A stretch of DNA of 33,841 nucleotides from Candidatus Marsarchaeota archaeon (GCA_023485825.1 JAMCZF010000051.1:1-33841), one strand, 5' to 3'. Positions 1 through 8,830 are shown, numbered from the stretch's first letter. Notes: generated from the sequence alone by a model not told the origin. Numbers and translations: made by a program.

Positions 1-284
1 ATTCTCCTGAAGAAGTTCTGATATGCCCTCATAAGCCTGTATTCTATCTCGCATCTTGTTTGTGAATAGAGTTTTAGGTATTTCTTGTCCTCTTGAATTA
101 TCTCTTTCACAAACCTGTTGAACTGTGACATTGAGACTTTTGTCTTTCCGTTCCTATAAGACGCAATTGACTTCCCAAGAACCTTGTTGTAGAACTGTTG
201 TGCAAGGACCAGCCTTTCGTCTATCTCCCATTGCCTTGTGGCATCGGGATAGATTCTGAATTTGTAGGCTCTTGCCATTTCCAT
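1..284 (-). CDS. tnpB: TnpB (IS200/IS605 OrfB) RNA-guided nuclease, 5' part only; runs off the window
   Basis: Manual translation from ATG 284 gives MEMARAYKFRIYPDATRQWEIDERLVLAQQFYNKVL...RAYQNFFRR, the typical OrfB N-terminus (AYKFRIYP ... YN ... AYxNFF). Low GC. Absent from the ORF track because the stop lies outside the window. Confidence 0.9.
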   Translation of the reverse strand, partial: MEMARAYKFRIYPDATRQWEIDERLVLAQQFYNKVLGKSIASYRNGKTKVSMSQFNRFVKEIIQEDKKYLKLYSQTRCEIEYRLMRAYQNFFRR

Positions 285-332
285 CGCATCACTTTTGTAT
301 ATATGCACATCAGCATTATATTCCTTATTACA

Positions 333-503
333 GCGGTTCGCTATCATCCCACCCGTGAATGGTGTGGGATTTCCTAGGAACCTGACATTTGACAATTACA
401 CTAATAGGGGGCAATCGCAAATTTTACAGTCGGAATCCATGCCTATGGAATTTTAGTGGCATCCCACGAGGGATTTGTCAAGTCGCTAGGATTTCCCGCT
501 TAC
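333..503 (-). mobile_element. Left end of the IS200/IS605 element carrying tnpB, interrupted by a MITE
   Basis: Subterminal hairpin ATCCCAC(346-352)...GTGGGAT(364-370). With the insert and one TSD copy removed, the - strand reads GTAAGCGGGAAATCCCACACCATTCACGGGTGGGATGATAGCGAACCGC, matching motifs at 11609-11663(-) and 25148-25201(+). Confidence 0.75.
375..488. mobile_element. 114-bp MITE with imperfect terminal inverted repeats and an 8-bp target-site duplication
   Basis: GGATTTCC at 367-374 and 489-496 flanks the segment. Ends TAGGAACCTGACATTT and (rc) TAGCGACTTGACAAAT match 11/16. Excising it restores the left-end motif seen intact elsewhere in the window. Confidence 0.75.
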
Positions 504-558
504 TATGTTAATTTATATTGTTGCAAGCAAATAATAAAGGTGCGGTAATGGTGAGGAT

Positions 559-1137
559 ATGGCACATCTGGAGATAAGCAAGGAAAAAACGGCACTGGTG
601 GTGATCGACCTGCAGAAGGGCATAGCGTCAATGCCCGGAAGGACAACAGAGCCCTATCCTGCAGGCGCTGTTGTGGCGAATGCAGCAAGGCTCGCCGATG
701 CATTCAGGGAGAATGGCATGCAGGTGTTCCTTGTGCACGTCAATTCAACAGGCAAAGACCGTTTGAATGCCATAACTGATACGCAGTGGCAGATGCCCGG
801 GGAGATGCCTTCTGACTGGGCGGACATTGTGCCGGAGCTCGGCCCCAAGGAAGGCGACATAATAATAACGAAGAGGCAGTGGGGCGCGTTCTACGGAACC
901 GACCTTGAACTGCAGCTGAGGAGAAGGGGTCTTGACACGATAGTGCTCTGTGGGATATCGACAAACTACGGAGTGGAGAGCACAGCAAGATTCGCATACG
1001 AGTACGGCTTCCAGCAGGTGTTTGCCGAGGATGCGATGACGGCTATGACAGAAGCGGAGCACAGGACCAGCATAGAAAAAGCATTCAAACGCATGGGCAG
1101 AGTGAGAAGCACGGAAGAGATACTGGCGGCGCTATAA
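559..1137 (+). CDS. Isochorismatase/cysteine hydrolase family protein (YecD-like)
   Basis: Motifs TALVVIDLQ, ITKRQWGAFYGTDLELQLRRRG and GISTNYGVESTAR. GGTGAGG RBS upstream. Confidence 0.92.
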   Translation: MAHLEISKEKTALVVIDLQKGIASMPGRTTEPYPAGAVVANAARLADAFRENGMQVFLVHVNSTGKDRLNAITDTQWQMPGEMPSDWADIVPELGPKEGDIIITKRQWGAFYGTDLELQLRRRGLDTIVLCGISTNYGVESTARFAYEYGFQQVFAEDAMTAMTEAEHRTSIEKAFKRMGRVRSTEEILAAL

Positions 1138-1157
1138 CGCAGGGTCGCTGCGGAGCA

Positions 1158-1493
1158 TCACAGGCTCTTCACGCCCGTTATGGCCTCTACCGCCTTCTCG
1201 TGCTTCTCAAGCGCCCTGACTATCTCCTTTAGCTTTGGGTTTATGTTGTAACCCAAGTCGTAACCGCGTTCCGTGCGTATGTGCGTAGGCTGAAGCACGT
1301 TGAGCGTCATCGAGAGGTTCCTGAGCGTCAGTATAAGCGTTTTTCTGGTAAAGCTCTTCCCAAGCAGACTGTACAGTTCTCTTGTTGTCCTTGGCGACTT
1401 GATCATGAGAAGCTTTAGCACCGCATAGTTTGGTTTGCTTAGCAGCTTCCTCAAAAGCCAAATCCTGTCATCCTTTCTTTCCTTCTTTGCCAT
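1158..1493 (-). CDS. Small basic winged-helix-like putative transcription regulator
   Basis: Helix-turn-helix-wing pattern (SPRTTRELYSLL...FTRKTLILTLRNL...GYDLGYNIN). Divergent from the pilus operon. ATG 1493 preferred, with a TATA about 29 bp upstream. Confidence 0.6.
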   Translation of the reverse strand: MAKKERKDDRIWLLRKLLSKPNYAVLKLLMIKSPRTTRELYSLLGKSFTRKTLILTLRNLSMTLNVLQPTHIRTERGYDLGYNINPKLKEIVRALEKHEKAVEAITGVKSL

Positions 1494-1521
1494 GCAATTC
1501 ACTAATATACCGTAGGCAATA

Positions 1522-1529
1522 TTTATAAA
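1522..1529. promoter_or_regulatory. Archaeal TATA box (TTTATAAA) in the divergent promoter region
   Basis: Palindromic TTTATAAA about 29 bp upstream of ATG 1493, in the AT-rich intergenic region 1494-1628. Confidence 0.55.
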
Positions 1530-1628
1530 CCCTTACACTTCCCTGCAGTTGGGGGTAAACAGAAAGGTATAAAGATATTTAGTTGTATAATAGTAAAAGG
1601 TCATATATTTTAGTAAAACAATGATACC

Positions 1629-3134
1629 ATGATAATCAGAAGGCTGCTCAATGCAGCAGGTACCCGTACCGTCCATGCAGAACGCATGCCTGTTGAACTG
1701 GGATTTTCTGTAGGCGATGTCCGCGGAGGCAGCCTAATTAAGGAGGTCCCGGGCCCTATGCCACGCCGCATCATCAAGTCCGGCATGGCATATTTTTATA
1801 CCGTAGGCGACAGGGCACTGTCACAATCCGATGCGCGCCATGCTGCAATGGCAAAGTCCAGTGTGATAGACTCCTTATCCGGCACGGATACGGAGATAGG
1901 CCTTTCCCTGTTCGGGCAGGCGAGGGAGCTGGCAAGGGCAGAGCTCTCAAAGCATGTAGGGACCGAGTCGGCAGAAACGCTTTCCTATTTGGTGGCGCAT
2001 GACACGGTTGGATACGGGCCATTGAGCATACTTATCGAAGACGCTCCGAACATAGAGGAGATAGAGGTCAACGCACCGGCCGAGCCCATTACAGTTTATA
2101 CGGCGGGCTACGGCAGATGCACAACGAATCTTATGTTCTCCGGAGAGCAGGCATTCAGACATGGCATAAATCGCATGATATACTGCAGCGAGAAGGAGCT
2201 CTGCGACAACATGCCCGTGGTGGATGCACAGGTCGGCAACGCAAGGGTGCATGCGCAGATACGCCCGTACGCCATAAGCGGCGGAGCGGCCTCGATCAGG
2301 ATAGGAAAAGGCAAATCAATGGGCGCATACTCGCTGCTGAGGAACAACACCCTGAATCCGGAACTGCTTGCATATCTGTGGATAGCCATGGAATCTGGAA
2401 TAAATATCATAATATCAGGCGCACCCGGCAGCGGGAAGACCACGCTTGTGTATGCGCTGTCGCAGTTCGTGCCGAGGCACTGCAAGGTCGTTACCATAGA
2501 GGACGATGTGAACGAGCTGTGCCTCAACGGCCCAATATTCAATACAGTAGCGCTTTACGGGTCGAAGTACTCGTGCGTATCCGCAAAGAGCCAGGTGCTG
2601 AACGCGCTGCGCATGCGCCCTGACAGGATAATCTGCGGCGAGATACGCGGCGATGAGGCGGCAGAGCTGTTTTCCGGGGCCAATCTCGGCACTCCGTTCA
2701 TGACCACGATGCACAGCAGCGATGAGGAACTTGGCGTGATCAAGAAACTCATTGTGAAGCCTATGTCGGTGGAATACAGGGCGTTGAGCATGCTCGACCT
2801 GTCAATACACATGAGGCAGCAGGATCCTGGCAGGCGCGTGGTGTCCTCGATGATCGAGTACCTGTGGCTGAGCAGGGCCGAAACAGACGTCGGAGCAGAG
2901 ATAGGCGGCAGCGATCTCGTCAAACACGTGAAGATTGCCGACTCGTCGAGGCTTGTCCCGGGCTTCATCCCGATGTCGAAGGTCATGGCGAAATATGCGA
3001 AGGAGAACGGGTTGTCCAAGACCGCAGTGAGAAAGGAATTCGAGCGGAAGGCAGGCGTAATACGTGCCGCGACCGAATCCTCGAATGGCGAAAGCGCATT
3101 CACGGAGTCGATACTCAGGGGGTGGTACCCGTGA
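1629..3134 (+). CDS. Type II/IV secretion (VirB11/TadA/ArlI-like) pilus ATPase, divergent copy
   Basis: GYGPLSILIEDAPNIEEIEVN, Walker A GAPGSGKTT, VTIED, ALRMRPDRIICGEIRG, TTMHS. Confidence 0.92.
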   Translation: MIIRRLLNAAGTRTVHAERMPVELGFSVGDVRGGSLIKEVPGPMPRRIIKSGMAYFYTVGDRALSQSDARHAAMAKSSVIDSLSGTDTEIGLSLFGQARELARAELSKHVGTESAETLSYLVAHDTVGYGPLSILIEDAPNIEEIEVNAPAEPITVYTAGYGRCTTNLMFSGEQAFRHGINRMIYCSEKELCDNMPVVDAQVGNARVHAQIRPYAISGGAASIRIGKGKSMGAYSLLRNNTLNPELLAYLWIAMESGINIIISGAPGSGKTTLVYALSQFVPRHCKVVTIEDDVNELCLNGPIFNTVALYGSKYSCVSAKSQVLNALRMRPDRIICGEIRGDEAAELFSGANLGTPFMTTMHSSDEELGVIKKLIVKPMSVEYRALSMLDLSIHMRQQDPGRRVVSSMIEYLWLSRAETDVGAEIGGSDLVKHVKIADSSRLVPGFIPMSKVMAKYAKENGLSKTAVRKEFERKAGVIRAATESSNGESAFTESILRGWYP

Positions 3135-3835
3135 AGGTCACGCCTTTTCGCAAGCGCATCGCAGCGTTCGCCTCGCTGACCCTTGCCATGGAGATTATCC
3201 TTTATCCAGAGACCGTGTCTGGGGAGATGACGATGCTCGTGGCTTCCACCGCATCTTCAATGTCATCATCGCTCATAATCGTTTATGCAATATCGCGCAT
3301 GCAGCGATACAGGGACGATTCGGAACTTGACAATGAGGTCTCCAACGCATTTTCATCTGCATTTTTCTACAACTCCACTGGAATCCCGCTATCGAGATCC
3401 TTGAGGCTGTCTTCCGACAATCTAAACCGCAGGGCTGCTGCGCCGTTTGTCAATCTCGCAAACAGGCTCAGCCTGGGGCAGCAATTCAATGAGGCCTTCA
3501 AGTCGGTGAAGGCGCTGTCCTCTTCGAGGGCCTTTGCGGCCGGAGTGAAGAACATTGGAGCCGAGGTTCCGCGTCTGGTGTCACTGCTGGCCATGCGCGA
3601 GCTTGCACTGAAATCGAAGCTGTCCGGGATAGAATCCTCAATGCAGAGGTACTCGACAATGAGCATGTTCGTGGCCGTGATCCTCCCGTCATTTGTCCTT
3701 TTCTCCTTCATAGGCAGTTCAGTGCTTTTCAACAGCTATGCGGGGGCTGCGCTCATTTATCCTGTGCTTGTGTGCTTTCTGCCTGCTGCGTATGCGCTCA
3801 GCAGCCTTCTTATATCGAGGGGCCTGAATGGATAA
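3131..3835 (+). CDS. Pilus membrane platform protein (TadB/T2SSF-like), divergent
   Basis: GTG 3131 overlaps the ATPase stop (GTGA). Two N-terminal TM helices, a TGIPLSRSL...LSLGQQFNEAF T2SSF-like cytoplasmic segment, then two C-terminal TMs. The longer ORF from 2864 overlaps the ATPase and is unlikely. Confidence 0.7.
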   Translation: MKVTPFRKRIAAFASLTLAMEIILYPETVSGEMTMLVASTASSMSSSLIIVYAISRMQRYRDDSELDNEVSNAFSSAFFYNSTGIPLSRSLRLSSDNLNRRAAAPFVNLANRLSLGQQFNEAFKSVKALSSSRAFAAGVKNIGAEVPRLVSLLAMRELALKSKLSGIESSMQRYSTMSMFVAVILPSFVLFSFIGSSVLFNSYAGAALIYPVLVCFLPAAYALSSLLISRGLNG

Positions 3836-4562
3836 GGCTATTGACATTGTACTTGGAGCCGTCGAGGGCGGGGTGCTCGCCGGTTACCTTGCGTTGCGGG
3901 CACCCCTGCTAGTTGGAGCGCTGCCCGCAATCGCGCTCATTCACCTCGTGCTGAGGCGGCGCACGGCAGGCCATGTCTCGGACTGGCTCGCGACATATGC
4001 CAGGGCGCTCTCTGTCAGATATGCCGAAACGGGCTTGATGGCGCACAGCGTGGAGAGCACAAACGCGCGCATGGATCCCAGGGGCTTCGCCGAGATGCAT
4101 AGGCGCCACATGCTTGGCGACTCTACTGATGAGCATGGAGCAGGCGGCGCAGATGGCCTGCGCGGAATAATATCATTTGCCATGCGCACCGGAAGGAAGG
4201 TCTCGGCGAGCCTTGAGGGGTTCAGGAAGGGAATAATCAACGAAGCAGAAACGGCAAACCTGGTGCGCTCAAAGGCCGGCGCGATGAAGTCGGTGACCTA
4301 TGCGGGGCTGTTGTTCTTTTTGCCGCTTTTCGGAGGCATCAGTTCCAATGTCATGGCGTCGTTGTACCCTGCTGCGGCTTCGGCCATGCCTGCATTCTCA
4401 CTGTCTATTCTGGCATACGTGGCATTGGCGCTCCTGATAACTTCGTACGCATACGATGCGGCAAGCGGCATCGTTGAGAGGATAACCGGCGCAATGCCGC
4501 TGCTCTCGCTTTCGGCAGCGGTACTGTTCATCGCATCAAACTACATATCATACGCAATATGA
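3828..4562 (+). CDS. Second pilus membrane platform protein (TadC/T2SSF-like), divergent
   Basis: TM-cytoplasmic-TM layout with IISFAMRTGRKVSASL and FFLPLFGGI. Coupled to the previous gene and placed between the ATPase and the pilins. Confidence 0.65.
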   Translation: MDKAIDIVLGAVEGGVLAGYLALRAPLLVGALPAIALIHLVLRRRTAGHVSDWLATYARALSVRYAETGLMAHSVESTNARMDPRGFAEMHRRHMLGDSTDEHGAGGADGLRGIISFAMRTGRKVSASLEGFRKGIINEAETANLVRSKAGAMKSVTYAGLLFFLPLFGGISSNVMASLYPAAASAMPAFSLSILAYVALALLITSYAYDAASGIVERITGAMPLLSLSAAVLFIASNYISYAI

Positions 4563-4571
4563 GGTAATGGA

Positions 4572-4844
4572 ATGAGAAAAGACCGCCTAAGAGAGGGAAT
4601 CTACAGGGCAGTGCCGAGCGAGGCCAGGGCATTCATCGCCCTGGCCAGTGCGAAGAAGGCGCAGGGATCGCTAGAGTACATAATGATGGTCGCAGCCGCG
4701 AGCATCGTCATAGTGATAGCCCTTGCGATGGTTGTGAAGCTCAAGGGCTCAGTAGCAAGCAACGTGACCATAAACGGCAATACGATGAGTGCCAGCCAGG
4801 CGATAGCGACCGAGATAGCGAACCTGTCGAATACGATAGCCTGA
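4572..4844 (+). CDS. Class III signal peptide pilin, candidate major pilin
   Basis: KKA|QGSLEYIMMVAAASIVIVIALAMVV followed by a very short mature domain. GAGGT RBS. Confidence 0.85.
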   Translation: MRKDRLREGIYRAVPSEARAFIALASAKKAQGSLEYIMMVAAASIVIVIALAMVVKLKGSVASNVTINGNTMSASQAIATEIANLSNTIA

Positions 4845-4853
4845 GCTGGTTGG

Positions 4854-5210
4854 TTGAGGGCACAGCTATCGCTAGAATTTCTCGTGTACATGTCAGTCTC
4901 CGGCATTGCGCTCGCGGCATCAGTGTCTGCCGTAGCATCATACTACGGGTCAGCGTCTGGTGCCGCATCGCAGTATGCGTATTTCGGGTTCGTGGGCATG
5001 ATCTCCCGCGCAGTTTATCTCAACGCAACCATATTCACCGGATACGTGCCCCCAGAAGCCTGCAGGGCAGGATCTGCAAATGTCATAAGCCCTTATTTGT
5101 CCGGCTATTACATGCCTATGCCGGTAAACCTTGACAAAAAAGGCATATGCCCTTCCGGGATCAAGACGCTTCGCCTTGAGAGGGGGCCGGACGGCTGGGT
5201 GCTGAGTTGA
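4854..5210 (+). CDS. Pilin-like protein (class III signal peptide)
   Basis: TTG start, MRA|QLSLEFLVYMSVSGIALAA, one Cys pair. Confidence 0.75.
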   Translation: MRAQLSLEFLVYMSVSGIALAASVSAVASYYGSASGAASQYAYFGFVGMISRAVYLNATIFTGYVPPEACRAGSANVISPYLSGYYMPMPVNLDKKGICPSGIKTLRLERGPDGWVLS

Positions 5211-5416
5211 AGCTTCAGATAAGCATTGAGGTCCTTGTCACCCTCGCCATCTCTTTCGCCGTAGCTGCGCTTCTTGCAGGGGGGCTGTCGGTGCTGAAGA
5301 GCAGCTCCTTGTCCTATGCCGCACATGAAAGCGTCACGGAATCAGGCGCATACAATGCGCTTGCAGCATTTCAGGATGCTGTGCAGTGCTATCCACAGCA
5401 GGGCGTGGTCCGATGA
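5207..5416 (+). CDS. Small pilin-like protein
   Basis: TTG overlapping the previous stop; MKL|QISIEVLVTLAISFAVAALL. Confidence 0.7.
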   Translation: MKLQISIEVLVTLAISFAVAALLAGGLSVLKSSSLSYAAHESVTESGAYNALAAFQDAVQCYPQQGVVR

Positions 5417-5760
5417 GGCTGTCGTTGATAAGCCTTGACATGATGTTGGCGCTTCCGCTGCTCTTCCTGAGCCTGACTACGCTGTTCGGTTACGCGTATA
5501 GGGTGCAAGAAAGCATAAATTATACTATGGGGGAGCTTGCAGGAACCCTGGCGCTTTACGCAAACTCATCCATCGTATACAACGAAGCGGCGTCGGAGAT
5601 GGCGTTCAACGCTTCGCAGTTTCCTGTGCGCATGGGCGGAAATGCTGTCGCGTACATGTACAACTATAGCGAACGGCCGCCAGGCTGCGCAGTGCAGTAT
5701 GCTTGCAGGATTGTTGTGATATCGGGCAATGCCCGTGTGATGGTAATGAAACAGGTGTGA
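5413..5760 (+). CDS. Pilin-like protein
   Basis: ATG 5413 overlaps the previous stop (ATGA); MRL|SLISLDMMLALPLLFLSL; C-terminal Cys pair. Confidence 0.65.
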   Translation: MRLSLISLDMMLALPLLFLSLTTLFGYAYRVQESINYTMGELAGTLALYANSSIVYNEAASEMAFNASQFPVRMGGNAVAYMYNYSERPPGCAVQYACRIVVISGNARVMVMKQV

Positions 5761-5763
5761 GGA

Positions 5764-7047
5764 ATGAACAGCAGGGAAGGATCCATAGCGTGCAGGCTGC
5801 AGACGAGCCTGGAATTCGTAACCGTGCTCGCCGTCGTGTCGGTGCTGGCCCTTTACGCGGTTGTCGCATACCGGGGGCTTGCAGTGGATGGAAAGGCCGC
5901 TGTGCAGGGCATAGGCCCGATGTCAATAAATGCGCCCAATGACTCTTTCACATGGAATGACACGCAAAGGCCCGCGGTCAGCGCATACATGCCGTTGAAT
6001 TCAGCGGTGAGCATGGGCGGCATCATGCAGATAGGCGCGTTTGGGTGCAGCAACGGCAGCATGTCATACTCGCTAAGCTCGGGCTCCATGGTATTTTCCC
6101 CGCAGAACTACTCATTCAGCATAGACGGCCTCGGTATGACGTATGTGCGATATGTGCCCGTACTGCAGGGCCTTGACTCAGCGGCATTGCGCTACACGAT
6201 TGATTGCGGCCCATACAAGGCCACAGAGACCAGGAACCTGACAACGTACGCCGCAGCCCCATCGGCAGGAACTGGGAACCAGTCACAGTATTATGCTGCC
6301 ATTTACTCGAGGAATGAGAGCCTGGAATACCAGACTAACAGCTCGGAAGCCATCGATTCGTTCAGCCAGTTCAACCACTGCACGCTGGTAGACTGGTGGG
6401 GGCGCACCCTGGCTATAGGCTCCCAGTGCCATACGACAGACGCATACGAATGGAGCGCGTTTGATGGAAACTGCGGGTCCTATTCGAGGACCTACTGCAT
6501 TGTGCCGTTTGCATCGGGAAATTACATAGCCGCTGGAGACAACGGCAGGCCTGCCTACTCGTTCGTGCTCGGAATAGGCACCCCGGCCGGGGAAATGCAT
6601 GCTCAGTTCAATGGCTCTGGCCGTGCCGGGCTTTTTCTCGGAACTGATGAGGTGGGCAATGCCAGCATCGAGTCGGTGTACGTGCAGGACCAGCAGCAGA
6701 ACGTCAGGATATACAACGGGAGCGCGGCCAGGCCGGCGAACTATACGCTTTATCTCATGTTCGAGCAGGCGAAGGCGGAGACACTGTCCACGCTCTCGTA
6801 TTACAACCATACGGGTGCCGGATCCGAGATGGAGCAGGCGGTGTATTCGTACGGGCAAAGCGCGGCATCGCTCGAAGACTCGTCCGCTTCCGGGCAAGGC
6901 GCCTGCAGGAACAATGGCGCGTATCTCTTCTGCGCGGCAGGGCTGCCGTTCGAGTATGTCATAAACGTGACAACGTCGGAGCCCATAGGCACCCACACCA
7001 TGTCGTATGAGGGCAGCATAGTGCATCTGACTGGAGTGGGTGCATGA
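5764..7047 (+). CDS. Large pilin-like protein, candidate tip adhesin
   Basis: CRL|QTSLEFVTVLAVVSVLALYAVV followed by about 390 aa rich in Ser/Thr/Tyr/Asn, with 8 mature-region Cys and many NxS/T sequons. Confidence 0.75.
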   Translation: MNSREGSIACRLQTSLEFVTVLAVVSVLALYAVVAYRGLAVDGKAAVQGIGPMSINAPNDSFTWNDTQRPAVSAYMPLNSAVSMGGIMQIGAFGCSNGSMSYSLSSGSMVFSPQNYSFSIDGLGMTYVRYVPVLQGLDSAALRYTIDCGPYKATETRNLTTYAAAPSAGTGNQSQYYAAIYSRNESLEYQTNSSEAIDSFSQFNHCTLVDWWGRTLAIGSQCHTTDAYEWSAFDGNCGSYSRTYCIVPFASGNYIAAGDNGRPAYSFVLGIGTPAGEMHAQFNGSGRAGLFLGTDEVGNASIESVYVQDQQQNVRIYNGSAARPANYTLYLMFEQAKAETLSTLSYYNHTGAGSEMEQAVYSYGQSAASLEDSSASGQGACRNNGAYLFCAAGLPFEYVINVTTSEPIGTHTMSYEGSIVHLTGVGA

Positions 7048-7397
7048 GACTGCAGTTTGCTACAATGGAAGCAATAGCCTCCGCCATGGTCGTCGCCGTG
7101 ACAATAACCGCCGTCTCTGCGTCCGTAGCCCAGAACAACAGCAGCGCATACTCTTCGCTGCGCGAGATGCGGCTGGGGTTCGCAGAGCATGACTTCATGG
7201 CACAGGCATACGGGAACGCGTCGCTGCGCAGCTGCATAGCAGAATACCTGAATGGCGCCAACTCCTGCATTTTTGGCTATGAAGCCGCGTACGCTGACAT
7301 CTACGGAATCCAAAATTTCACAGTGTCGAGGCACCTGATGCAGGGAGGGGAATGCTTCGCGGTTCCGTTTAACGGAATACTCTGCATCGGTGGATGA
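7044..7397 (+). CDS. Pilin-like protein
   Basis: ATGA overlap with the previous gene; MRL|QFATMEAIASAMVVAVTI; 4 Cys. Confidence 0.7.
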   Translation: MRLQFATMEAIASAMVVAVTITAVSASVAQNNSSAYSSLREMRLGFAEHDFMAQAYGNASLRSCIAEYLNGANSCIFGYEAAYADIYGIQNFTVSRHLMQGGECFAVPFNGILCIGG

Positions 7398-7674
7398 GAT
7401 GTCGTTTTACGGAATCGCGCTCATAATGACTGCCCTCGTTTCCTCATACATTGCCGCGTTTGCATATGCACAGCTCAGAGGCGCAGGCGTGATGACGCTT
7501 CTGCCGTACGATGCCTACGAGGCGATGACTCTCAGGACCTCTTTATTGGCAGCAAACAACTCCGTCTATTCCGGCCTTTCTGTGGCGATTGACGGAACAG
7601 GCATGAAAACAGTTAATGGGACAGTGGTCGCGGTGGGCCCTTCCGGCATGTACTGCGTGTCAGGCTACCGCTGA
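7390..7674 (+). CDS. Small N-terminally anchored membrane protein of the pilus operon
   Basis: GTG start overlapping the previous gene; one N-terminal hydrophobic helix; no clear basic leader. Confidence 0.55.
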   Translation: MDEMSFYGIALIMTALVSSYIAAFAYAQLRGAGVMTLLPYDAYEAMTLRTSLLAANNSVYSGLSVAIDGTGMKTVNGTVVAVGPSGMYCVSGYR

Positions 7675-7726
7675 GTCGGATCATACAACCGTATTTATTT
7701 TTTGCGTTGCAACTATAATCGGTATT

Positions 7727-8239
7727 ATGGATGTGAATCCGTCGGGGAGCCCTGCCACAAGGGGCCAGAATGCGATCGAGCTCCTTGCAGTGTACGGCTG
7801 GGCCATAATAGTAATATCAATAGCGCTTGCGGCGCTATTCTATCTCGGTGTACTCAGCCCCTCCGGCTCAGTACCGACGAGCTGCGTGATAAACCAGGCG
7901 TTCCAATGCTCGAATGTGCGCCTATCCACGAGCGGCATACTCACATTCACGCTGCTGCAGAACCATTACGCTCAGGTAAACATAACCGGAATAGGATGCT
8001 CAGAGGACCCTTCCAATTACCATATTCTGGCCCCGAATGCGATACCTGCCACGCGCGTCTACATGCCCTTAGGCAACGAGACCAATTATACGGTCCAGTG
8101 CTACAATTCCGCAGGCGAGATATCGGGGGGCATAGGCCTGGTGCTCAACGCAACGCTGTACATAAACTATGTCGACGACCTCGGCGGATTCTCATACTCC
8201 GCCACAGGAAGCGTGATTACCAAGGCGACTTATACATGA
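7727..8239 (+). CDS. Pilin with the xEyLxxYGWAI-type class III signal peptide
   Basis: ATG 7727; TRG|QNAIELLAVYGWAIIVISIALAALFYLGVL; 4 Cys. AT-rich TATA-like tract at 7692-7703 upstream. Confidence 0.82.
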   Translation: MDVNPSGSPATRGQNAIELLAVYGWAIIVISIALAALFYLGVLSPSGSVPTSCVINQAFQCSNVRLSTSGILTFTLLQNHYAQVNITGIGCSEDPSNYHILAPNAIPATRVYMPLGNETNYTVQCYNSAGEISGGIGLVLNATLYINYVDDLGGFSYSATGSVITKATYT

Positions 8240-8260
8240 ACACGTGCAATAAATGATGTC

Positions 8261-8788
8261 ATGAAGGCGCAGTTCTGGTCGTTCGACATAATGTTCGCAA
8301 TAGTAGTATTCGCAGTATCCATGACCATACTCACCTATGTGTGGCTCACCCTGAGTTCACAGTTCTCCGACTCCTACACAAACGGCATAAACCTGATGCA
8401 GGCACAGCTGCAGGAGCTGAGTTCCGGCCTGATGCTTGCTGGAAGCCCGTCCAATTGGAACTCACTGGTGAACCTCTCTGGCACAGGCGCATGGGCCAAC
8501 CTGAGCGTAGGCTTCGGCGGCCAGAACGGCGCGCTGTCGTACCGCAAGATACTCGCCTTCTACGCGATGTCAAATTCCGACTATCAGGAATCAAAGGTGC
8601 CCCTCGGGGTAAGCTACGATTATTACATACTGGTCAACGGCACAGGCTACAGCATAGCCATCGGCAGGAACCCATCCTCTGGCAACGCCTATGCGGTGCA
8701 GACCGTGACAGAGCCGGTCATGATAAATGATCAGCCCGCAACGCTCACCATAGACCTGTGGACCAACACGACCTTCGGCATTGCGTAG
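8261..8788 (+). CDS. Pilin-like protein (class III signal peptide)
   Basis: MKA|QFWSFDIMFAIVVFAVSMTIL and a GSPSNW motif. Confidence 0.8.
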   Translation: MKAQFWSFDIMFAIVVFAVSMTILTYVWLTLSSQFSDSYTNGINLMQAQLQELSSGLMLAGSPSNWNSLVNLSGTGAWANLSVGFGGQNGALSYRKILAFYAMSNSDYQESKVPLGVSYDYYILVNGTGYSIAIGRNPSSGNAYAVQTVTEPVMINDQPATLTIDLWTNTTFGIA

Positions 8789-8830
8789 CCCTGCGGAAGC
8801 AGGCGGAACCACGGAAACGCGCGGGCCTTC

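Noticed and set aside
2864..3130. N-terminal extension of ORF 2864..3835
   Set aside because: It overlaps the ATPase in another frame; GTG 3131 coupled to the ATPase stop is the more plausible start.
8790..8803. CCTGC-GGAA-GCAGG hairpin between the convergent pilus operons as a terminator
   Set aside because: Only a 5-bp stem with no U-tract; too weak to call.
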